This document shows positions 41,101 to 63,767 of a stretch of DNA of 64,000 bases, piece after piece. Within the stretch, counting starts at the first letter, position 1; each line of letters starts with the position of its first letter. Made by a program: the position numbers and the translations under genes. The DNA lies in NCBI GenBank assembly GCA_012295275.1, contig CM022679.1:17484001-17548000 (forward strand). Direction: 5' to 3'. The stretch comes from Chrysomallon squamiferum (Eukaryota > Animalia > Mollusca). The notes under the pieces are model-generated. The model ran no database searches. It saw only the letters and a program-made list of their open reading frames with translations, and was not told where the DNA came from.

Positions 41101-42714
41101 TTTGAAACACCACACACATGTAAATAAATAAATATTAGTCATTCTAAATGTACTTTGTAGCTGAACAAAAGGCATTTTGTTTCAGTGTCTCTCAAAATAT
41201 GCAAGAAATTCTAAATGAAATAACAATATACATATTTATCCACAGTGTAAATAAATAATCAGCGACGTAATAGCAAAAAATCTAATATTCAACACTTCAT
41301 TTAGAGAGCAATAACTGAAGTATAACCATTAAAAAAATAATAATAAATGTGTTTTTTTAAATTCTGTAGTTCTTTAATTACATATTAAGTTTTAACTTTA
41401 TATTTATGCTTAAAATAAGCAATACCTTATAAATGAAATAGTTATATTCCGACTTTAGAAAACATTTATAAATCATAAATTAAACAATTTAACTAAATTT
41501 ATAAATTAAATACGATATGTGGTGATCAAAATTCTGAATATGAGTGAAGACAGAAATTCAGTAACAAAGATACAAGTGAGAAGTGACAAGTATTCATGTC
41601 AGTTTTGACTAGTGAGAAAAGATATTTGTTTGTAATATTATAATTAAATATTAGTCACAAATAAATTACTTTGTTTACATTTAAAACCAGTTTACTTAAA
41701 ATCGGCAAATATCCAAGTATCCATACGTACGTACATACGTTCATACATACATAAACCGTTTTTTTTCTGCGAAATAATAATAGAAAAGAACAATTAATAA
41801 AAACATAACCTTTTGAGAAATAGAAAATTCTAAGTAAGCATTCAAGTAGCCAAATATCTCAGTCTGCCGGAATATTATAAAAACAGGTATCCCTCTTTCT
41901 TTGATTAAAACAGACTTTGCAGAATCGAGCGAAAATTATTCTAGATTTCCACGTTTCACAAATACAAAGTAAAACTAAAAACAACATTTTGGATTCAATA
42001 CTAAATCACTAAATTAAAGAGAGATAAAATAATCTTCCCAGTAAATTAAACTTGCTATAACGATGTAAATGACAAATTTTATGATTTGACATATACAGAT
42101 ATCTATTTCTACAAGCAGCCAGACGGACTGTCGTAAGGATTGAAAAATACCAATACTTTACAAATTCATCCATTTGAAATGCAAAATGCTAGAAAAAAAG
42201 TTGTTGCTGCAAATTTTCCTAAGGTACTTCTGAACACTGCATGCATTTTGATCATCGTGATAACGCCTGATGGAATTGGATTTTATTTTTGTCGCCAAAC
42301 CAGATGGTCCCTGGGCTGAGACTAATAAAAGGTTTTCAAGTTACAAATCGATGTGAATTTTGTGTGGAGCTGGCCTTTCACTTGGGGCAGCTTTGCAATA
42401 TGCATTAGAAATTTAACACGCGAAGTAGAAAAGAATTTCGCAGGCCTTTGTTAAACATAGTCTTTTAAAAACTGACACTGAACACAAACAGATTTTATTT
42501 TTGTCGATGGTGATATAATAGTAGTAACAGTATTAATATTAGTATTAGACATGGAAAAACATAAAGAAATTAATGTAGCTTGCATTGTCTGTTTCTGTTT
42601 CTCTCTCTATCACACACATACACTCATACCCATGCATATGTGTTTATATATGTATTTATTTATAAACACCATAATTAGTTTGTTTATTGTTCATAATATT
42701 GAAATGGCAAGCAT

Positions 42715-42721
42715 ATTATTA

Positions 42722-42780
<59 letters not shown>

Positions 42781-42790
42781 TTATTTATTA
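42715..42790. repeat. (TTA)n microsatellite
   Basis: Read directly; explains the poly-Leu and poly-Ile ORFs. Confidence 0.9.
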
Positions 42791-43672
42791 ATATACTTTT
42801 TAACTGTTTCCAAACTTGAAATGAGATATAACTATACGAAAATGAAAACAGTTTGTGAAGAGACCGTGTAAGCGATTTCCTGTGTACATGATTAAACACC
42901 TGTACGTCTTCACTAACAAAACTCTGCTGCAGGAAACACACCGGAAGGAGACGACATTCATCTTGAAAACGAAAAGTTGTAATCAGTTTTTTCTTAGAGT
43001 CTGTCTACACATGATACCTGTGCAAATAAAAATTATCATTATTATCATCATCATTTTATCTGCAAAATCATCCAGTATCTTTTACATAAATTGCAAGTAC
43101 AGTCAAACCTCGGTAATCCAAATAGAATTTCAAGGTCTCCTGAATATGAGTACGACGTCACTCGAGAATAATACTGTAGCTACCTTTAATTCTTTTCTTT
43201 TCTTTTATTTATTTTTGCTTTCAGTGTTTAAAAGTGAATTCTAACTAAAGAAGAATACAAAAATAGTTACATCAAAGAAGTGTGATGACGACTGTGTATT
43301 TGGTTTACACTTAACAAAATACTCATACGTCAGTCAGTCTGCAAGTTTTAATGCATAAGAAAACAAACAACATCAACAACAACAAATAAATAAATTAACA
43401 AAAACAAAAACAAAAACAAGCCTTATGCTGAATGATTTAATAGCACTGCAAAATCGACTATGTTATCGCTCAACAACTTAATCCCGAGTACGTATCTATT
43501 ACAAGTATTAATGTTCCTGTGATTATGAAGAGAAAGCTAACACTGTGGACAACCGTGCAGAAAAGCCAATTTGTACAGCGTCAGGTACAATGTGGCTCCA
43601 GTATAACTTCATTTTTTTTTTTTAAATAATAATATTTAATGATTGGATCATTTATTCGAACAAAATACTTAA

Positions 43673-43754
43673 TACTCGTCATTTTCAGATTATAGAGATC
43701 AAACTTTATATATATATATAAAGTTTGATCTCTATAATCTGAAAATGACGAGTA
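43673..43754. repeat. 82-bp perfect palindrome with an (AT)6 centre
   Basis: Arm tactcgtcattttcagattatagagatcaaacttt, then (AT)6, then its exact reverse complement. Confidence 0.95.
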
Positions 43755-44838
43755 GTATATATATATTTCTTTTATAAGTTGTGTTGGTTAAACTAATAAT
43801 TATTGTTCTTATTGTTATTAATGGTTATACTATCCACATCAAATCTAAATAAGATATCATCGGTGTATACCAGAGAGAGAGAGAGAGAGAAAGATGTCGT
43901 TGACGTTATTAATGTTGTTTTTGTGTGTTTTATTATTGTTATTGTTTTATTAATATAGTTGTATATGTCACTGACTTAAGTATTGATCCGGATTTGGACG
44001 ATCAACAAAAACGTGCCTAATATTGCTCTAAGATCACTGTTCTATGGATCCGCAAATCGCTTCTGTCTCAAATAATTGTTATTCATTTATCAAAGTTCAA
44101 TCTTTACACACTTTTATAAATCTGTTATATAAAATTTCTACTTGAAGAATAAGAAATTACAACCTCTCATTTATGGAATTTAATAAATCAAGCAATAATA
44201 TCGTCCAAATGGATAAGTAATTGTAATAAAGATGGTATATAGTAAATATGAAATTAGCAAAATAACAAAATAAGCAATATGTTAGTATATTACTGAGGCA
44301 TGAAGACACAAAATCATTAACATTTTTGTAATATACAAACAACATTCCAACAGTGGATGTTTTACTGGACATTCTGAAAGTTCCATAGATGTTAAGAAAT
44401 GGAAATTGTACTGGAGTAAAATACTTGACATTAGCCAAGAACACATACCCTGTTTGTTAATGGTACTTTTACATTAGAGTGAAAGATAAAATGATGATGA
44501 TTACAATAACGATGACGACGACGATAAACACAACATAAATAATAAGTAAATATAGAAAAAGTTAGAAAAACACCAAAGTTAGCAAAATGACCACTATCAC
44601 TGAGATAGCTGAAAAACATATGATGATTTAATGATGGCAGTATTACAATAATGTATGGACTGATTTATGTGAAATAGAAAGATAAATATCACATCAGAAT
44701 AGTACATCTATTTGTAAATATTTTATAGGAAAACTGGAGCAGATATTAATTTCATGTATATTAATTAATGTGATTTTCACGTGTATGCATATGTCACATT
44801 TTTCAGTGTCCTTCCATCTCCCTGTCTGCATATATATC

Positions 44839-44879
<41 letters not shown>

Positions 44880-46049
44880 TATTTACATGTGTGTGGATGT
44901 ATGTGTGTGTATATATGTTTATAAATGTATACCTGAATAAATGTATTAACATGTGTTTTAACAGAAAATTTTATTGATATGTAAAATAAGTAAGTGAATC
45001 ATACATATAATTATACAAACATTAACCGATTAAAACATCTGTTAACATTTTATTATAATTTATTAATATTTCTGCTTATTTTTCTCCAAAAAAAACAACA
45101 ACAACAAACATAGCCAACAAACATATTCAAACTAAGTGTCGATAAATTATCAACTATGAAACGTAGAAGAAAAAAATAACTAGTAATCATAAGTTGTCTA
45201 ATACTTTATTATTAACAAACGATAGTTTAGTATTCAAAACAATAAACTGAACTTAACAAAACCTAAGTAGGACACTTCTTATTTACACCCAAAGGTGCAA
45301 AATAAATTTCTTTTTAGTAATACTTCACTTTTTTATCCACTTTACTTTCCAACTGGATACAGTGAAAACTTGTTCTTAACTTATTATTTTTATTGGTATT
45401 ATTATTAGCATTATTAGCAATAATCATTTTCTGCATGTTACTAGGAAACTCGTTTCTCGGATTTCGGGCACTATCTTTGGCTTTAACAGATGAAAGCTAA
45501 ATGAGCTAGCTTCACTACTCTCGCTACTGAAGAAGTTGGCCAAGTATATAAACTTTCTTACGGATATTTTATCCAGGTTATACAACGTATTACGATTATC
45601 ACCAAATAGTGTATACTCATTCTTTAAAGATTTCTTTTATGAATTGAATGGTTTCCTTGAATACCATACATTCTTTAGATCCATCAGATATGTATACATA
45701 TTTTCATACAGTAGGTATTCAATTTACATTTAATTTCGTTCAAAGAAGAAGAAGGAAACCCAACAAATAAAGAAAAAAAGATGATTCAACATTAATTGAA
45801 TATTAAATGTACGTTTTTTTTAAGGGAGATAACTATAAATATATTTTACAAATTATACCTCAACAGTATAGAAAACATAATAATAATAATAATAATACAT
45901 CAAAGAAAACTTGGTAGTAAGCACATCGTACCTTTTTCTTATGATAAATTTTAATTTAAATTGATCATTTATAAAAGATTTTAAAAACGATTTTAACCAG
46001 CTATAATCTATAGCAAAAAGAGACCTACAGTCAAACCTCTTGATAATAC

Positions 46050-46590
46050 CCTACACCGGTATTCCGCACATGCGCCATTTCTCACAGAGATTACGTAATT
46101 CTAAATAGTTTTATTTCTACTAATCATTACCTTGAATACTTAACTGCTTATAGATGGATCAAAATAAAAGGGCTCTAAAACTCAGCATATATACTGTCAT
46201 TCTCTGTAAGACAAACAGAATGGCTAGATATGATGATGCAGTTTCTTTTTCAGAATTTTCTAGTCTAAATTCTCCTCTTCATTTATTTCATCCCCACACC
46301 CCTATCATCACCTTCGTTTATTTTTCAGCAAACTGTTCCCATCATTATACTGCACTGTCGTTATGAACTTAATTCTCCGATGTTTTCCGGAAACATACGA
46401 TGGCTTTTTGTCAAAATCTGACAGTAAGGTCAAGGTCGATTTGTCAGCTGTAAACCTGTAACGGTGATCCAATGCTTACAGCTACCTATTGTTGACATAA
46501 TCAGTTTGAAAAATGCTTGAATAATATTTATTTTCCGATTACTGACCTTATCACGAGCCTTTGAAATATTAAAGGATATGAGGTGAGAAG
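46050..46590 (+). promoter_or_regulatory. Candidate promoter and non-coding first exon of the SLC16 gene
   Basis: Right edge of the CpG-retaining block; NRF1-like CGCACATGCGC at 46065, ETS-like TTCCGGAA near 46385, candidate donor AG|GTGAGA at 46583. Inferred. Confidence 0.4.
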
Positions 46591-46654
46591 ATGGTGATTC
46601 TACTTATTAAGTATTCTTTTTATTATCAAGTAATTCAATCATCAATGCAAGGTG

Positions 46655-46698
<44 letters not shown>

Positions 46699-48975
46699 TG
46701 AAATCGGTACAAAAAGTAACTAAAAGGAATCCCCCGTGTTATTCCTTTTCTTGAAATATGAAATTTAGAAATCATATTATGCAGCATTCTAAATTTTCAT
46801 ACCTAATTCGATAAAGTAATAATAATAATACAAATAATACAATTTATTAAAATAGATACACACTCCAAATTTACTCATGTTAATGTTAGTAAATTAAAGA
46901 AATTGATAGTAAAATATTAAATACTTCATATAAATTCATATTTAGAACTCAGTGTGCAAAACTGACATTTCATCACCGATTGTTTAAAGTGGCATTATTA
47001 TAATTTAGAGAAAATGGTTTGATAATACACATTTATAACAAAGGAAAATTATTTTCATAATAATATTTTTTTTTCAGAACAAAATACTTTATATCTTTCA
47101 ATAATTTAAAGGAACTATTAATATAATTTTTTACTTTTCATGTCAGAAGATATAAAGGAAGTATTTATTCAATTATTGATTAGTTTATTATTTGTCTATT
47201 AGTATTTTTATATTATGTAATTTATTGTAAAAGATATATAAAGCAAGAAATCATTTTAAGCAGACTGAAAATTACTTACATTTTGTGTAATACTTTTCCT
47301 TGCATTATGACATTTATCTTATAGGTGGGTTTTTTACACCCTTTTGACAACATGCAGATTAGTATTGTGCATATGCATTTTAAATAATTAATTGATGCCA
47401 CAGGTGAAACAGATATCTGAAATATATGATATTTAAACATAATACACAGAATATGTTTATCTTTAGGCTGCTTGAATAAAACTTATGTAATACTTCTTTT
47501 AATATTCTGCAAATACAACATTCATATATGATACTGCTTGATATTAGAAGTGAAACAGATTTGATTTTTCATATCTTGAGAGACATGAGTTTAGATAATG
47601 AAGATTTATACAAAAGATTTATTACATATGTTATTCATTTTTCAATATTAAATTTCAAAAAATATATTTATTATTATTTAAATTTTTTATTTTAAATTGT
47701 TTGTTGCTTAGAGAAAACCTATTTATGACTCAAATGATCTTGGAGTTATCTTCCATTTTTTTCAGCCTATAAAAATAAATTGATGGGTATTTGTCAGTAA
47801 GCTGAATAAACATCTATGATTTATGTTTATTATTAAGGTTGTAAAAGTTAGTTTTTTGCTCTGTACTTAATAATTATAAAAATAAAAAGAAGAAATGTAG
47901 TAATAATAATAAGAAGAAGAAGATACAGAAAGAAATTTTTAATAAAAGAGCGATATTTTCATACTATTTTTTTGTTTGATTATGAATGAAATAAAAACTG
48001 CACCAGGAGTGTAGCTATGTAAACACTGTATATGAAATACATATCTTATGTACACAGTAGAATTCTGACAACAATCTGCACACCTATACTTCAATTTTAT
48101 TTGCATTATGTACATTAGTAGTTCATCAAACTTAATATTAAAAGCCTGTATTATACACATTTTTTAATTTGTTAGTCTGTCTATGTATGTCTGGCTTTAG
48201 TACTAGGTCCATTTTCTATTGGATACCAAATTAATGTATAATCGTATCCTGGAGGTGTCAGATGAAAAAAATAGCATTAACTATTTATATATATTTTTAT
48301 TTTTATATTTCTCCAGCACACAGAAAATGAACTGCTGGAAATAATGCCATGAATACTAATATCGTTTTACAATAACTGGTTTTTTGCACATTTATATTAT
48401 TAATAGGGTTTGTCTCTTCCGTATTTTTGTCCAATGTTATGAAATATAATAAACAGATGTAGTAACTATATATGTCTTAAAATAATTATATAATTATAAT
48501 GTAACATTGCCAAAGAGTGCATTCCACTGAAGGTCAGAGTATATTTTTATAAGTAAATTGGCACTTAGGATGTGTGACTCATAAATGCATGGTTTGTTAA
48601 ATCCCAGCTATAAATATTTGTTAGGTGACCCCAAAACTTATTTGACTAAGTGTATGGTCAATGTTTCACTAATCCTTACAGCTCTGTGTTACCACCAATT
48701 GTTCATTAGTATGCTACATATACTTTAATGATCAGTGTAAGGACTATTAAAAATCTAGGAAAATTAATAACAGTTTAATATTTTGTTCTATTTTTCACAT
48801 TAAATAAACATTTACATTTCAGGGTTTTCATGTCTGGACAATTTTTGTACTATTTCTCTGCAAACTTAGAAGTGTGCTGCTGTCTCATTTTGCATTTGAA
48901 GAGACCAATGACTAGCAACTGCTTTGTCTCCATATTTTCAGTTTCTGTAGTCCAGTTAAAACCTTTTTTGTTTAT

Positions 48976-51250
48976 ATGGAATCCAACAACTCAGAGAATT
49001 CCACAAAATCTCAACATACAAATGACCAGCGAGAAAGTGATAATCTTATTGACAGCACAAAGAAATGCTCCTTTGACTACCCACCAGCACCAGATGGTGG
49101 CTGGGGCTGGGTTATTGTTTTAGCTTCATTTGTGATATCAGTTATCTGTGATGGGTGTTCCTTTTCATTTGGAGTTCTATTTTCTGAATTGTTGGATGCA
49201 TTTGGAGAAAATAAAAGCAAGACATCATGGGTGGGATCTTTGTTTCTTGGAATGTCACTCCTCCTTGGTCCATTTGCAAGTGCTTTGACTACAAAGTATG
49301 GATGCCGTATGGTGACGATTGTTGGAGGGATTGTGTGTGCAGCAGGTTTCATTGCCAGCTCTTTTTCCAACTCTATCTTCTTGCTATGCATCACTTATGG
49401 TCTGATAGCTGGTGCTGGAATGTCCATGTGTAATATAACATCTGTAGTTGTGGTTTCTTTTTATTTTGAAAAAAAAAGAGCTCTAGCCACTGGGTTGGCT
49501 CTTTGTGGTACAGGAATTGGAACTTCAATTTTTGCTCCTCTTGCTGAATATTTAATTGCCGAATATGGATGGAGAGGATTCTTGCTTATTTTGGGTGGAA
49601 TCTGCAGTAACATCATTGTGTGTGGAGCCCTGTTCCGGCCATTGCAGTTCACAGCAGAACAGAAACATCAAAGAGCTTTAGAATGTTTTGAAAAGTTATC
49701 AAGAACTAGATCAAGACTGAGTCTTTCTTCATGTGGCAGAGTTAGAGTTGGTAGTGAAAACAGTAACTCAAATGACAGTGGTAATGCAGATGAAGAAACT
49801 GAAATGCAAGAATATGATCAGATCAGCCATTCTCAGGTTGAAATTCCTACATTTCTGAAATCCCAGCTTAATCTGGAAATTACATCAGACGTTGTGACTC
49901 AGACTCGGAGGAATGGCTGCACCATTGAACAAATACTTAAAAGGTATGTTCATAGTGTAAACATGAACAGTATTATCCAGAATGGCTCACAAAGGTTAAC
50001 TGTCACTAGTAAAGATGAAATATTTTACATCAATGAAGCTGAAGTTCAAGCAAAGCAGGAAGAAACAAAAAAAGAACTGTTGCTGAACAGAATATCAAAG
50101 CTGAGAGAATACATGTATATGCCTATGTACCGGAAAGATATATTTTACAGGGGAAATCTCCTGAAGCTGTCTGAAGCTAATGAGAGAGCTATAAGCTGTC
50201 CTGAACTGTTCACGGGTTCTCTTGATGATGATGATGATGAAGAATCAGATTGTCCACATTGTCTGCGAATGTCCAGAAAACTGAAAACAGTTGTCAGGAA
50301 TATGTTTGATCTTAAAATTCTGAAACATCCCTTATTTTTTCTCTTTGCATTTTCAAATTTTATTTTATATTTCTGGTCTGATGTACCATATGTCTTCATT
50401 TCTGACAGAGCAATAGAATTAGGAATTTCACAGGAAAAATCATCATTGATCTTATCAGTCATGGGCATATTGAACACAGTTGGGCAAGTAGTCTTTGGCT
50501 TTCTTGGAGACAAAATGTCAAATTTATCCATCTTGTATGGTACAACCATAATCCTCTCAGGAACAGCTATAGTCTGCATCCCATTTTTGGACAAATTCTG
50601 GTTTATGAATACATTTGTAGGCACTTTCGCATTTTTTATAAGTTCCAATTATACACTGACCACTGTGATGCTTGTCCAATATGTTGGTCTTGACAAACTG
50701 ACTAATGCTTGTGGCCTTTTGATGATGATTCAGGGTGTTTCCAACCTGATTGGTCCACCTGTGGCAGGTAAGTTAAGTATTTTTATACAAAAATATAAAA
50801 TTTTCCATCCATCAATCCCACCAAAAGTACTCTATCATCACATCACTAAGAATGAGATGCACTTTAAAAAAACAGTTTACCAATGATAAAATCATAATTT
50901 TTTGCACAATTTGAAAAATAGATGGCAAATTTAATGAATTATTGTTATCATTACAATCTTTACACATAATTTCTGCTTTATAGGTTTTAACAAGAATGTC
51001 TCTAAATTATATTTAATAACTGGTGACTGCTTAATAAATAAACTCATGAACACCAGTTATTTTTATTTACAGCTACAATTCTTTGTTGACAGAAACTTAT
51101 TTTTAGGCTTTATCTTTTAAAAATATTTTTCTAGGATGGATGAGTGACATGATGGGATCCTATGATATGACATTCTATACAGCAGGTGTATTTGTCATTG
51201 CCTCTGGTGTCATGATGTTTTTTGTTCCTTTCTGTAAAATGACTTCCTGA
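48976..51250 (+). CDS. Monocarboxylate transporter family protein (SLC16, MFS; MCT12/14-like), 635 aa, 2 coding exons
   Basis: join(48976-50767, 51135-51250) = 1908 nt. SLC16 motifs PPAPDGGWGW and YFEKKRALATG, plus LIGPPVAG|WMSD..GSY across a GT-AG intron. Twelve-TM layout with a long central loop. The ORF-track tail after PPVAG is intronic read-through. Confidence 0.94.
51135..51250 (+). CDS. SLC16 terminal coding exon (GWMSDMMGSYDMTFYTAG...KMTS*)
   Basis: TTTTTCTAG acceptor; phase fits the G|GTAAGT donor at 50767; encodes the last TM helix. Confidence 0.9.
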
Positions 51251-53264
51251 CTGTGTTATCTTGTTGGTGTCAGATACAAGAAAGAAATCCCCTTATAAAG
51301 GCAAACAAGAAGACCTCTTAGATTTTGTCTGCTTGAAACAATCAAATAATCAGTGAACAAAAATCAAACAATCCTATTTAATTACTTTCTTGTTTTCTAT
51401 ACTAGTGTGTTCTTACAGTTAACATTACTAACGTGATAAAAAAAATATTCTTGTTTTTGTTTGGCTTTATAAAATATGTGTTTATTTGGTCACACTCGTT
51501 ACTAGCTTGCCTGTATGAAACCTTTCCTGCTCAAGTTTGTTACATAAATGTGATAAGTTGTTAGTAACAGTCACCCAAATTAAGTTGCATGTGTCTACAG
51601 ACATGATTAAAACAAATCCTGGTAAATGATAAAAGACTGTATTTATATATATATATTACTTTCTAAAAATGCAGTAAATAATTCAAAGCAGCCTGAAAAT
51701 TAAGTTACAGGCCCTGTGCATAATAAAATAATGAAATTAATTTTCAAATCTGTACATAAAAAAAAAAAGAAAAAGAAAAGAAAAATATGTAACAGAGTAA
51801 TTAACATTTATAAATTGTGTCTGTTTCCAGATTAAAACAAAATGTCAAATCAAATTTTGAGAATCTTAATTACAACATAAAAAACATGTATGCCTATGTT
51901 ACTGGTGATAGAAGGAAAAGAAAAAACCTAACAGAATCTATGTACTTGTTCAAAGCACTGCTGTTTTTAAACAGAATTTTCAAGTAGATTCAATTAAAAA
52001 CTTATTCTTTCTTGGTTTTTGAAAAAAAATGTAAAACAAAATTAACAAAACCCCAAAACCTTGCACTTTTATTCTGGGATGTATTCTTCATTATTGTGTT
52101 TTAGAAATTGTGTTTAATGTTTTAGCTACATTTTGTACTATTTTTAAAGCCTTTTTTAAAAGAAAAATTTTGAAGTTAAACTTTTTCATTTCAACCAGTT
52201 TTCTGAAGTATTATTTTTTAATAATTTTTTTTTTTTTAAGTTATTTAAAATTTATTTAAAATTTTTTAAGTGATAGTAGCAAATAAAATAAAATTAATGG
52301 ACATAATGTTGTCTTTGACCTGTTATTTATTCTATTATTTATTAGTTGCAACAGATCCTGTAAATCAGAATGTTGTCAAAAACATATTACTGAATTTGGA
52401 TTCTACATATAAAATAGTTAATTAAAATACATAAGGAATTAGGGGTCCACTAAAGTACACTAGATGCTACAAGTCCCTTTTTGAGAAACTGGTTATAATC
52501 TGAAAATGCATTTTGTTATTGCTTGAAACCTGAGAAAAGCCATATAATAAAGATTTCTATACATTAGTACAGAAACTGGAGACATCTCCACCTGTTTTAT
52601 CAATGAATAGTTAACCTTTAATCACCACTATGTTCCACTGCAATGGCTTTGTCTCAGTGCTAATCAACATAAGCAATTTACATGAAATCACTTTATAGTC
52701 AATAATTGCAACATTCCTACATAAATTTATTTGGAGATAAATCCACATTTATTTACATGGGTGAATCTATTGTTGCAACTGGAAATAGCATACTTTGTAT
52801 ACTTTCAAATTAGCTTAATTTTCTTTCTTTTAAATATAGATTTTGTTTTAAAATCAGTATTCAGCTTGATGATATTGGTAAACTTTTATATTGCCAGTTT
52901 AATCTTATTTACAGTATTCTTATGTTACCTTCACTTTCTCTTTGTGTTATTTAAATAATTACAAAACACATCCACGATACCATACTACAGCTTAACCTAT
53001 GAAGATGATTCTGTGATATTTTTCTTCTCCAGTGATCCTTGTTGTCCCTCCCTGAAGGTATTTCTGTTGTCTGTTTTTAAAACATGTTAATAATGTATAC
53101 ATATATTTGATGTTTGCAAATTTTGACTGATATTTAAACATCCAGTGAACTGTAATTATATAAGTAACATGACATGATTTTTCTTTATATCTTCTTACCA
53201 GCACAAACATTAGAAAATGGTAAAACATTTTTTTAATATCATTTATTAACTAGCATACCTTTTT

Positions 53265-53266
<2 letters not shown>

Positions 53267-53318
<52 letters not shown>
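53267..53318. repeat. (AAT)n microsatellite
   Basis: Read directly. Confidence 0.9.
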
Positions 53319-53320
<2 letters not shown>

Positions 53321-55401
53321 GAAATTTTGAAAAATTAAACACCTCTGTCTAATTTATCAAATGTACAGATGTGCTATATTCATACACACATATTAATGAT
53401 TAATGTTTAAATGTCAGTTTTCTTAACTATTGTGGACACAATTATTCAGGCTATAAAAGGAATGTGTCTTAAACATTACAACTGTAAAATAGTCATATAA
53501 TGTATAATATATATAATGTTTTTAAAGAATAAAAACACCAAGCTACAACAAAACAGACTATTCATCAATTAGCAACAAGGATCTTTCACAGGCACTTACC
53601 CGGTACAAGGAAAGCACATAACATGGCCTTCTGTAATTTCTGCATGTTTGCATTTTGAAATTTATTAATATGAAATTTTATTTTTATTTTATAAAAAGGT
53701 ATTTATCATCTGTTGAAACCTGCGAGTTTATTCCTTACTGTATACTTTTATTTGAGTACTTTATGAATTGTACCTTTTAATGTTTGTTACTAATGTTTTT
53801 TACTTAATGATTTTTTCTTTTTTCTTTGTTGTAATGTATCAAATACAGTTTGATAATTTTTATTTTTGTTTTTTATCTATTTGTTACTGTATTCATTACT
53901 ATGAGTATTAGAAATCAAACAAAATCAGTTTTTTTTTTTATTATGTCTGCATTGACAATCAGTACACTTTTTCTTCAGCAGCAATTTGTGACTTAATGAC
54001 TAAAAACAATGCAAACTGATTTGAATTAATATTGCAGAAACCATCAAATTTGTACAAATGTTTCTAAAATGTAAAAGTTACATGACTTTAAATATTATTT
54101 TATTTTATGGTAAAGGAAGTAAGTGATGATATGAGAAAATAGATTGACTGTCATTGTAATAAATATTCTCTTATATCAGGGATCACACCATTACATTGTT
54201 TACAGGTGGCTTGACATGTAAATTAATGAGAAAAATAATCAGGATTTTTTAATGTTTTAAATACTTTGTTTGTACATTAGACCATAAATAAAGGACTGTT
54301 TTTGTTTAATTTCCCTTTTTGTTTTTTTTATAAGATAAGGAAACAAATCATTAACCATGAGAATATATTTATATCATCTTGCCTTAGATGAAGGAATACA
54401 ACTATAAGCAAAGAGGGTATCTCTAACAGAACTGACAACATAGATGCTAGCAAAAATAAAACGAGTAAACTAATGTTTATAATATAATATACATTAAATA
54501 TACAAGGAATATTGGTATAATTTAAACATTTATTATAGATATATAAACTTTTGTTTCTTCATGCTGAACATATTAATTGATGGGTGGTCATTTGGAATGA
54601 GGTCATTCAACCGTGGACTATCAGTTCTATACAAATTACATATGTGTAAGTCCTGCCTTGCATTGTTTTATTTTGATTTTAATATGGTAACGCAATAATT
54701 AATTCTTACGTGTACTAGGCTGAGCTTATTTGTGAGAAATATAAAAAGGACATTTGAGACAGTGTGACAATTACACTGGACAAACAACTTTTCCTATTTT
54801 ACCTTCAGAGTGAATGACCTCAATCCTCCAAACATAAAAATCAACAAAAATAATAAATATACAAAATTATTAAAAAATGAAAAGTAATAATAAGATCAAA
54901 GTGATTTTATATATATTTATTTTCCTTTTGTAAATCAAACAGAAATGGATACAGTTTCTGATAACTATACAAAATTTATCCATATTTACAGAAGAATTAA
55001 CATGTATATAAAAGACATAATTAAAACTTAATACTGATAAAAATATTAGGTTAAAATTTACAAAAATGAATTGCTAATATGTTTGGTGAAGCTAAGATTA
55101 ATTTTATTAAAAATCTTCCAGCCTCTGTGGAGCTCCTTTTAAAATGTTTATTAAACAAAATAACAATTTTTTTTTTTCAAAATTAAAAATTAATTCATGC
55201 AGTAAATACATATCTATACTTCGGGAATGTACAATTACTCATGGCTTATCTAATGATTTACTCTTTAAATAATTGTGCTGTGCTTGCAACATTAATTTCT
55301 TAACTAACAATTTCATTCAGATCTGAATTATATTTATTAAAAAATCTAAAATATAATAAACTTGACAAATTCAAAATTGTAATGTATTCATAAAATGACT
55401 A

Positions 55402-63767
<8,366 letters not shown>

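Noticed and set aside
42551-43244. ORFs with poly-Leu or poly-Ile runs
   Set aside because: Artefacts of (TTA)n and related low-complexity repeats.
39000-46000. tRNA, snRNA or other RNA genes in the CpG-retaining block
   Set aside because: No recognisable cloverleaf or snRNA consensus by eye; Infernal or tRNAscan would be needed.
43098-46046. Two TACAGTCAAACCTC pogo-like termini (43098 and 46026)
   Set aside because: Same orientation with no matching opposite ends; too short to call elements.
49077-50648. Antisense ORFs (105, 63 and 167 aa) over the SLC16 exon
   Set aside because: Shadow frames of a long coding exon with no independent protein features.
50768-50886. C-terminal tail of the 636-aa ORF (KLSIFIQ...)
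   Set aside because: Intron read-through; the GTAAGT donor and the downstream exon supply the proper final helix.
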